From the NCBI GenBank assembly GCA_043745805.1, contig JAYTSD010000001.1:161315-225314 (forward strand): a stretch of 64,000 nt of DNA. The letters run 5' to 3'. The notes beneath the pieces were generated by a model. The model searched no databases and had not been told where the DNA came from. It saw only the letters and a program-made list of their open reading frames with translations. Of this stretch, positions 47,721 to 55,106 are shown one piece after another. The first letter of the stretch is position 1. Every line of letters begins with the position of its first letter. A program made the position numbers and the translations under genes. Origin of the DNA: Fibrobacteria bacterium (GTDB taxonomy: Bacteria; Fibrobacterota; Fibrobacteria; UBA11236).

Positions 47721-49136
47721 TTAATCGGAATTGCTTTTGGATATTTCGCTTACAGAAGGGTTAATAAAATGGAAAACCAATTGGTTCTTATACCATTCTC
47801 GTTTTTGCTCTTCTAGCTGAGAGTTGGGATTTGATACTTGACTCGATAGATACGCGCTGACAATGCTTTTCCAAAGGTCATTTTCTTTTGTTTGTGATTC
47901 ACTTTTGGCAATTGTTTCAGAATTCCACTTTGGAGTACCGAATAGGAATCTCGCAATTTGTGTTCGACACTCTAATAATGCAATTGGCATCCCGCCATTA
48001 CGAATATTTAATGGAAGGAAATACCAAGTTCCCAAAAAAGTTCGCATTGGGCCTAAAAGATGTCCAACATGAACTCGATAAAGATTTAATTTTTCTTGAA
48101 TTTCTTCCGGCAACTGAAATTGCTGCACAACTAGTGAATGTATTTGAGTGGTATCTTTCTGAATATTTTTAGGTGATGCAAAATGTTTTTTATCATGACT
48201 GTTTGGTAATAACCACATCCTGTATTGCACAGTATCAGGACTCAAAAATTCTTGCCGATGCGCTAGATAATAATCTGAAATCACTTTCTCTCTCAGTATC
48301 TCCAGTTCTTTAGGAACATTTTGCATTGAAATTAGCATTGGCACTGCTGCTTCAAAAGAAATATTAGGTGTACTTTTTTTCTGCGCAAAATGTAAATAAG
48401 CGAAGCCGAACGGTAAGTGAATAGGTCCTTTGCTTTCACCCAAGGACATTTTGGCGCTAGCCGTAGCAAGTTGTGAAGGCAAAGACTCCTGTGGTAATAG
48501 ATCCCACTTTGCAGTAGTAAATTTGTATAGAGAGTCAACCAAAATAGAATCGCTTGACGATATCACTTGGTATTGCTTTTCTTCCTTACTTTGAAAAAGA
48601 GAGGCATAATATTTTCGATATAATATATGTAAAGCAGAATCACCCTGATGTTTACGAAACGACTTTAGCCGTTCCTCTTTAGCGACTTGAAAAACTTTGT
48701 TTAAGCTATCCTTAGCATCTGGCTGAAGAGGATAATTAGAAAGAAACTTTTCATCCAGTAGTATCTTTAATAGTGCAGTTTGCTCTTTTTCTATATCGCA
48801 TAAGTTGGGGAAATTCGGGCCTACATTTTGGAGAGAAAAGTTTTGACTTGCTAAACTTCGATTATACTCATCAACGGATAGAAGACATGATTCACTTGTA
48901 GGTTCATAGGCTATGCACTCGGATCCAACTTCATTCACGTACATGGCTTCAATTAGCGCTTGACCATGTTCTTTATCTGTTTTGTTTTTTTGGTCAGCCT
49001 CTGATCTAGAAATAGAATCATTTCTTAAAAGCGAAGAGATGTCTCGACCTTTTTCAATTATAGGTGAAGCCGCTAGTACCGGAAGAGCAGTAAGTATCCA
49101 TAAAATGGCCGTGATTAAAATGAAAATATTTTTCAT
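47721..49136 (-). CDS. Secreted protein with two degenerate parvulin/PpiD-like repeats (paralog of 45446-46918)
   Basis: Signal peptide; LFQSKEEKQYQVI, LPSQL..GESKGPIHLPFG, YYLAHRQEFLSPD, LPEEI..GHLLGPMRTFLGTW. Confidence 0.65.
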   Translation of the reverse strand: MKNIFILITAILWILTALPVLAASPIIEKGRDISSLLRNDSISRSEADQKNKTDKEHGQALIEAMYVNEVGSECIAYEPTSESCLLSVDEYNRSLASQNFSLQNVGPNFPNLCDIEKEQTALLKILLDEKFLSNYPLQPDAKDSLNKVFQVAKEERLKSFRKHQGDSALHILYRKYYASLFQSKEEKQYQVISSSDSILVDSLYKFTTAKWDLLPQESLPSQLATASAKMSLGESKGPIHLPFGFAYLHFAQKKSTPNISFEAAVPMLISMQNVPKELEILREKVISDYYLAHRQEFLSPDTVQYRMWLLPNSHDKKHFASPKNIQKDTTQIHSLVVQQFQLPEEIQEKLNLYRVHVGHLLGPMRTFLGTWYFLPLNIRNGGMPIALLECRTQIARFLFGTPKWNSETIAKSESQTKENDLWKSIVSAYLSSQVSNPNSQLEEQKREWYKNQLVFHFINPSVSEISKSNSD

Positions 49137-49184
49137 ATAAGTAACTAATTAATGAAGTAGTTTTTTTTAAACTTTTGTTTTGAA

Positions 49185-49219
49185 GCGGGAATCCAAAACA
49201 TAAAATTTAGGACCCCCGC
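49185..49219 (-). terminator. Stem-loop after the 49230-49802 gene
   Basis: Minus strand GCGGGGGTCC...GGATTCCCGC; weak U-tail. Confidence 0.5.
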
Positions 49220-49229
49220 GATAAATTAG

Positions 49230-49802
49230 TTAGCCGTTGGTTAAAACGCCATTTATGACTTTAAGCCACGGAACGCCACCATTTCCAGTGGTGCAAGACG
49301 ATTCACTTTTGTTAGAGCGATTTACATTAATTGTGAATTGTGCATTGTTCCATGAGGGACTAAAGGCCGCGATTGAAAGGTTTTTAAAGGATTGAAACCC
49401 CAACAAATAAACATTGGCACGGGAAAAAAGTGTACCACCGAAATCATCATTTAAAACCGCATTAACTCCAGCGTTATTAACGTACCAAATACGCGTATCG
49501 GCGACCTCATTGGGGATAAAATCTGGATGAACCGTCATGATTTCAAAACAAGCGCCTGTAGAAGCATTACTTAATAATTGCAAGCTATGAAATTTGACCA
49601 CAGAACCTGCAAAGGTACCGGTGGGTTGCGATGCATGGCCGGCAATTGTGGTAGATGCGAAATCCACGTAATACCGCATATTGGTTTCAGTAGTAGATGA
49701 ATTAGTTATACCAGTGCCTGATTGTGCAAACACTGATGCTGTAAGAGCAAGCATACCTGCTACTCCAATACTTAATGTCTTAGATATTGATTTAATGAAC
49801 AT
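49230..49802 (-). CDS. Secreted beta-rich protein of unknown function (paralog of 47000-47602)
   Basis: AAGGAG RBS, signal peptide (VFA); DFA..AGH, VVKF, ADTRIW, LNDDFGGTLF, two Cys. Confidence 0.78.
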   Translation of the reverse strand: MFIKSISKTLSIGVAGMLALTASVFAQSGTGITNSSTTETNMRYYVDFASTTIAGHASQPTGTFAGSVVKFHSLQLLSNASTGACFEIMTVHPDFIPNEVADTRIWYVNNAGVNAVLNDDFGGTLFSRANVYLLGFQSFKNLSIAAFSPSWNNAQFTINVNRSNKSESSCTTGNGGVPWLKVINGVLTNG

Positions 49803-49821
49803 AATTTTTCTCCTTGAAAAT

Positions 49822-49853
49822 TTGGGATACCTTTATCAACGAGCTTTATCTCA
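49822..49853 (-). promoter_or_regulatory. Degenerate copy of the ECF-like promoter (TGAGATAAA...GTATCC)
   Basis: Minus strand TGAGATAAAGCTCGTTGATAAAGGTATCCCA. Confidence 0.4.
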
Positions 49854-49965
49854 AATGGTAAAGCCGGTAAAAACCTAAGATTGCCACATTAGTCTGTCCA
49901 TGTCTATTACCAAGATGAATAAAATTTTGTTACAAAAAAACTTTTGAAATTAGTGAACAATTATT

Positions 49966-49996
49966 TGAGACAAATATTTAATGCAGTACATCTAAG
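49966..49996 (+). promoter_or_regulatory. ECF-sigma-like promoter TGAGAC-N16-ACATCTAA
   Basis: TGAGACAAATATTTAATGCAGTACATCTAAG, about 55 bp upstream of ATG 50050. Confidence 0.6.
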
Positions 49997-50049
49997 GTAA
50001 ACCTTCTTGTTTTGGGGTTTAGATGTTACCTGAAAGCGTTTAAAAAAAT

Positions 50050-50577
50050 ATGAATCTAAATGAAAACAAATACCAACCCATATCTTTGTTAAAGCGAAAT
50101 GATCACCGGCGCAGCTTCTCGAATAATTATAAGCTAGACATTTTAAAACGAGTTGAGGAAATCAAAGAGAGTAGGCAAGGTAGTGTAAAAGCCTTTTTAA
50201 GCAATGAAGGTATTTATGCTTCTCATTTAACCGCATGGAAAAAACAAATATCCCAAGGCAAATTAGGATTGGGAAAAAGAGGTCGGCCAATAAAAAACTC
50301 TGATGAATTTCGTTTAGAAATTACTAATCTCAGACAACGATTAATAATAATGGAGAAAAGAGCTTTGGAAGCTGAGCAAATCGTACGCGTGCAAATGGCG
50401 TATGTTAAAGGTGCAGCATTGAGATTAAAAAGACGAGATCGCGGTTTAATATCGGAAATTGTTTCTCAGGTAAAATCAAATTGTTCGGTTTCTGCATTAT
50501 GTGATGCCCTAGCGCTGACGCGTCAAGATTTTTATAGAACCATAAAACCTTTGCTCAATAAAAATTTACATCACTAA
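50050..50577 (+). CDS. IS3-family OrfA-like HTH protein fused to an OrfB-like N-terminal HTH; no DDE domain
   Basis: RRSFS..YKL.IL, EGIYASHLTAWKKQ, KRGRP, coiled coil, then SVSALCDALALTRQDFYR and stop; no downstream transposase ORF seen. Confidence 0.65.
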   Translation: MNLNENKYQPISLLKRNDHRRSFSNNYKLDILKRVEEIKESRQGSVKAFLSNEGIYASHLTAWKKQISQGKLGLGKRGRPIKNSDEFRLEITNLRQRLIIMEKRALEAEQIVRVQMAYVKGAALRLKRRDRGLISEIVSQVKSNCSVSALCDALALTRQDFYRTIKPLLNKNLHH

Positions 50578-50813
50578 TCACTAAACTTGTAATACCTGCC
50601 TATTCGAAACTAGCGCAGTAAAAGTGAAATAATATTTTCAGCATCATGGGTTGGTTCATGATTTTGTGGGAGAGAAACCAAAGTTTAAGCGATGAGATCC
50701 CAAAAGCCGAATGCGTAACCTAAAAATAAATGACCTATATAATTACTAAGAATATTATTAATCTAGGTCGCTTGATAAAGTTGCGAAAACTCAATACGAT
50801 AAAAAGTGTTAAA

Positions 50814-51491
50814 TTAAAAAAAATCTTTCCAAGTAAGCACTTCATATCCGGTGTTAACTTTTAGGGTATTCAAAGCGATAGCTTTTCCCAATTGTTCCAC
50901 CTTAATACCACGATATTTTTTTAATCCACCTATCAGTATATAATTAAGATAGGGCCATACCTTCAGCACTAAGGCTTGGCTCCAGCCATAGCGATTGTGG
51001 GGCGTTAAAATCATGGAAGGCTGAAAAATACTTAGCCTTTCAAATTGCAAAGCTTTTAATTCTTCCACTAATTCACCTTTTTTTCTTAAATAAAAGCTAG
51101 CGGATTTTGCATTAATGCTTACCGCCGCTAATAATTCAAAATGTTTCACGCCCGATTTTTTGCAAGCTTTAGCAAAATCAATTACTGCGAGTTTGTCGAT
51201 TTTAACAAATTCTTCTTTGCTCATTTTTGACGGTTCACCCACACCTAAGGTGCAAATGGCGGTGTGATGATCAAGCAAGGCCTTTTCATAGGAGAGAGAA
51301 TTAAATATATCGATATTAAATTGTTGAACCTTATTATCTAGAAGGTTGGGTATGGGCTTGCGGCATAACAAGGTTAACTTCTCAATTTGCGGCATTTTTA
51401 AGAGTAACTTTAATGTTTCGCTACCCACGGCCCCGCTAGCGCCGAGCATTACAATAGATAAAGGTACTTGGCTTTGTATATCCACCTCCAA
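50814..51491 (-). CDS. NAD(P)-binding oxidoreductase, TIP30/HTATIP2-like
   Basis: LGASGAVG, CTLG, F.KID, FYL..KG..E, LSIFQPS. Confidence 0.85.
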   Translation of the reverse strand: MEVDIQSQVPLSIVMLGASGAVGSETLKLLLKMPQIEKLTLLCRKPIPNLLDNKVQQFNIDIFNSLSYEKALLDHHTAICTLGVGEPSKMSKEEFVKIDKLAVIDFAKACKKSGVKHFELLAAVSINAKSASFYLRKKGELVEELKALQFERLSIFQPSMILTPHNRYGWSQALVLKVWPYLNYILIGGLKKYRGIKVEQLGKAIALNTLKVNTGYEVLTWKDFF

Positions 51492-51542
51492 TTTTTTAAG
51501 GAATTTAAATTATCGAAATAACTTCGTACTAGTTTCGATAAT

Positions 51543-52256
51543 TTAAGGCAGATTATTCCAAACTTGCGAAGTTACTTTGTTACCTAACTGAAGTTTAAGC
51601 AAAATCGTCTGATGAATATCTACCGCATTGGAAAAAAAGGAATAATGATACTTTCCTTTTTCTTGAGGTCCATCTAACCAAGTAGTGAGTATTTTACCTT
51701 GTAAATCCAAAGCTTGGAAAATAACTTTTTCGGAAGAGGATAAAGTATATATTACGTCCACATTCGGGTTACCCTTATTCGCATGGATGCTTTCAGCAAA
51801 TTCATTCAAGGCTTCATTATGTAACAAAGCCGAAGTTCCTTGTATGGTGAAATTGCCGCTCACCAAGGTATAAATCTGTCCACCTTTGGAATTCGGACCC
51901 GTACCTGAGGAATCCGTGCTGTTGTTTGCATCGGTGCAATAATTAGCAGAAGTAGTACCTTTCCATTGGCATACTCGAATTCTTGCAGTAGTGGTAGCAA
52001 TATTCGGAACCGTCCAAATATATCTGGTTGCCGATCCTAATAAATTGGTGGTGGTTTGATTTACCCAAGTTTTACCATCAATAGATAAGGCTATAGCTGT
52101 GCCCTCATGTTTAATGGGGACTGTCCAAATAAGTGTGTCCATTCTACCGGGAATAAGAGTTCTTCCTGTATGGGCTGCAATGTTCGGCCCACCCAAATGT
52201 GCAGATGCTAGGCCAATAAACATACCCAAGGCTACCGTGATAATTTTACATTGCAT
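51543..52256 (-). CDS. Secreted protein with Ig-like domain and C-terminal sorting-like (FlgD/T9SS-CTD-like) domain
   Basis: AGGAGA RBS, signal peptide; LSIDG.TW, Y.WTVPNI.TTTARIRV; C-terminal V....LDLQGK...W..G....GKY. Confidence 0.65.
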   Translation of the reverse strand: MQCKIITVALGMFIGLASAHLGGPNIAAHTGRTLIPGRMDTLIWTVPIKHEGTAIALSIDGKTWVNQTTTNLLGSATRYIWTVPNIATTTARIRVCQWKGTTSANYCTDANNSTDSSGTGPNSKGGQIYTLVSGNFTIQGTSALLHNEALNEFAESIHANKGNPNVDVIYTLSSSEKVIFQALDLQGKILTTWLDGPQEKGKYHYSFFSNAVDIHQTILLKLQLGNKVTSQVWNNLP

Positions 52257-52557
52257 ATAGTTAATCTCCTCTTTATGTCTGAAACATAATCTATAAGTGA
52301 TATTTTCGTGTTCAAAAAAAACAAAAAAAGTGTACAAATGCCTTCCGCAAAAAAGGCAAACGCATGGATTTTATCAATAGGATAAAGGATTTAAATTAAA
52401 CTTGCAATGCACTGAAAATCAAAAAACTCGATAAAGCGCACCTAAACCAAGCGCGAGACATATTGGACTATAAAGGCGCGTATCCCAATATGCAAACAGT
52501 CCAACTTTTTCACGTTTGGAAAAGCCGACTTATTCGTACAAAATATTTTATAAGTCA

Positions 52558-52830
52558 TTAGGGTATTAATGTCACCGAATTGTCATGGCCAATAAGAATT
52601 TTTCTATCCAGCATTTCCCCACGGATGCTCCCTGCGAAACACGCTCCCGGAATATCACAATCATATAATAGGGTCAAATGGACTATGCTTCCTTTTTCTC
52701 CTTGAATAATTTGAGAAACAATAATGTCCAGTTTATCAAACATTGCATAGCCTCCGTTTGGGCAAAAATCTATGGGATTAAATTTATCGATATTATTTTT
52801 AACTAGGTTAATTATATCTTGTTTCAACAT
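52558..52830 (-). CDS. Hypothetical protein (90 aa)
   Basis: ATG with upstream AGGA; plausible composition; no recognised motif. Confidence 0.5.
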   Translation of the reverse strand: MLKQDIINLVKNNIDKFNPIDFCPNGGYAMFDKLDIIVSQIIQGEKGSIVHLTLLYDCDIPGACFAGSIRGEMLDRKILIGHDNSVTLIP

Positions 52831-53463
52831 TTGCTATTAATCCTAAACAAAATCCATATTGTATTATAATACAAAATACTTTAATTTCTTAATACTTCGA
52901 TTTTTTAACCATTTATCCAAAAGTTATTTTAGCCTATGTCACCAGCATGTAACATTTAAAACTATTCGGTCCAAAAATAAAACACCCCTTTATCATGGTA
53001 CCTAATGAGTGAAGTTCGTTAACTGTTTTAGCATAACCCTTTCCCAGATTTTTTTTATTTCTCTGTTTTAAATTTTAAGATGAAAATATTTCGAAACTGG
53101 TAAATTTCAAAAAATGTTTTATTTGGTTTTTTCTTGAGAAGGTTCAATTCCTTTTAGGGATTAATCAGCTGTGGAAATAAAAATGGTGCGAGTTTTCGAA
53201 AGACTACATTTAATATTTCATGCAATACCAAAAAGCAGCGGTGAGTCCGTGTCCCTTAGAAATTAATATTTAATATCTTAATGTATTTGCTAGTTAAAAT
53301 TTGGATTTTTTATGTGGTTTTATTGAAACCCTCTTAATTAGGTTTTTGAATTGATACGAGTTCGCAATTGATTTTAACACAATTGAAGCACAATTGTGGT
53401 AGCCAGTAAATTTCACCCGAGGTATTTTATTCATCAATTCAACTTTAACATAAAAGGAATTAT

Positions 53464-54249
53464 ATGAATAATGTTTCACTATTCTCAAGTTGTGTATTAA
53501 TGGCTTTTGCTTGCGCGCGAGCGCAGCTTCCCATTGTCCATTGGTCTTTTGAAAATGGAAATAAGGAATTTTATGCAAAAGACGAAACCGGAAATGGCCA
53601 TCATTTGGTGATGATGAAAGGAGATAGCGCTGACCTAGCCGTACGGCCTGGTATTGTTGGCAAGGCCTTGTTTTTTGGCCAAGGTGAAGTTGAACTGGAA
53701 GCAGTTAAATCGGGTGGGGTTTTCAATTTCGAAAAGGTGACCTTGGAGGCTATTGTTTATGTTTCGGAAAACTCGTCGCATTCCACAAAAGGGGAAGCCA
53801 TTCTTGCCAATGTGGAGTATGGCCATACTACACCTTTCTGGAAGCAAGTAGCTAGAGGATGGGAGTTATCAATTTGGCCAGGAAATATTCTTTCACTCGC
53901 AACTGGCAATAATGAAATTGATCCGATTTGGAATCAAATTCTTGCCACTTTTCCTTTGAAAGAAAATCGTGTGCATTATGTTTCTGCAGTGATCAACGAT
54001 GCCGGTTGGAACAGGATATATATTGATGGCGTTGAAGCAGGTGTCTCTTCATACACTCCCTACTTACCCAATAGAGGGCATCTCTCTGTGGCCTATTCTT
54101 ATGGAAATGAAATATTCAGTGACTATTTGAAGAATGCCGCATTGGATGAAATCAAGGTTTATAATTTAGCGAAGGATTTTTCCATGATTCAGGCAGATTA
54201 TTCAGTGGTGAAAAGTGCCATAGATAGTGTGAATGCGACATTGCATTAA
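53464..54249 (+). CDS. Secreted LamG/concanavalin-A-like domain protein
   Basis: AAGGA RBS, signal peptide; HWSFE...D.TGNG, G.VGKAL.F, IYIDG, LDEIKVYN. Confidence 0.85.
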   Translation: MNNVSLFSSCVLMAFACARAQLPIVHWSFENGNKEFYAKDETGNGHHLVMMKGDSADLAVRPGIVGKALFFGQGEVELEAVKSGGVFNFEKVTLEAIVYVSENSSHSTKGEAILANVEYGHTTPFWKQVARGWELSIWPGNILSLATGNNEIDPIWNQILATFPLKENRVHYVSAVINDAGWNRIYIDGVEAGVSSYTPYLPNRGHLSVAYSYGNEIFSDYLKNAALDEIKVYNLAKDFSMIQADYSVVKSAIDSVNATLH

Positions 54250-54366
54250 TGTGAGGCTTACCTTTTCTTTTTTTATTGTTTGAGAACCTATTGTATCTAT
54301 CTTATCAGCCTTGTCCCTCAACCATTTGGACAAAAATTTATGGAATTAAATTTTTCCATATTATTT

Positions 54367-54789
54367 TTACGCGTTTTTTAATGCTTCAATATCAAATTTT
54401 GTCATTTGCATAAAGGCATACATAACTTTGGGTGCTTTTATCGGATTATTCATAAGCTCACCCAAAATGCTAGGTACAATTTGCCATGAAACGCCATATT
54501 TATCGTCCAGCCAACCACATTTATTATAGACACCTTCTTGACCTAGATTTTCCCAATAATAATCTATCTCGTTTTGTGTATCGCAGGAAATAACGAATGA
54601 AGTAGCTGGAGAGAACTTGTGTTGTGGCCCACCATTTAGGCCCATAAATTTGGTTTTGTTCAATTCAAAAATAACCACCATTGGGTTAGCTGAAACGAGC
54701 TTTGAGCTCTTAAAAATTGAGCAATAAAAATCGGCGGCTTCTTTGGCTTTCCCGTCAAACCACAAACAAGTAAAAATTTGTTTGTCCAT
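54367..54789 (-). CDS. VOC family protein (PhnB/3-demethylubiquinone-9 3-methyltransferase-like)
   Basis: CLWFDG.A.EAA.FY, LNGGP, CGWLDDKYGVSWQIVP, MTKFDI. Confidence 0.92.
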   Translation of the reverse strand: MDKQIFTCLWFDGKAKEAADFYCSIFKSSKLVSANPMVVIFELNKTKFMGLNGGPQHKFSPATSFVISCDTQNEIDYYWENLGQEGVYNKCGWLDDKYGVSWQIVPSILGELMNNPIKAPKVMYAFMQMTKFDIEALKNA

Positions 54790-54821
54790 TGTGATATCCT
54801 TTTTTTTGTTACATAAGTATA

Positions 54822-55025
54822 GTTGATTTCTATTTCAGTAAAGCCAAAAAAATGGAAGAAAAAAATGAAAAGCTGAAGTCGCTCATTCTTGACTGCACGC
54901 TAACTGAGGAATTAAGCTATGGAAATAACTGTTACATGTATCATGTAAGTAATATCGTGTTAATTCATGAATTTAAAAAAATGCGACTTGCTTTTTTAAA
55001 GGGACCTTGTTAAAAGGTCCTGGTA
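54822..55025 (+). pseudogene. Remnant of a YdeI/DUF1801-family gene
   Basis: Manual translation VDFYFSKAKK.EEKNEKLKSLILDCTLTEELSYG..CY.Y..SNIVLIHEFK, then frameshifted LLF.KG; no start codon, truncated. Confidence 0.6.
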
Positions 55026-55058
55026 AAAATTTGGGTAACGTGTAAATTTTATACGACA

Positions 55059-55088
55059 AAAGGACCAACCCATCAGATCGGTCCTTTG
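55059..55088 (-). terminator. Stem-loop after the phytase-like gene
   Basis: AAAGGACC...GGTCCTTT inverted repeat. Confidence 0.55.
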
Positions 55089-55106
55089 CGAAAAAAAGCG
55101 ACCGGA

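Noticed and set aside
49900-50813. Complete IS3 element
   Set aside because: No DDE transposase ORF, terminal inverted repeats or target duplication could be identified
52400-53460. Short frames around the 90-aa ORF, including 53294-53578 (-)
   Set aside because: No convincing start/RBS or recognisable motif; 53294-53578 overlaps the LamG gene start on the opposite strand
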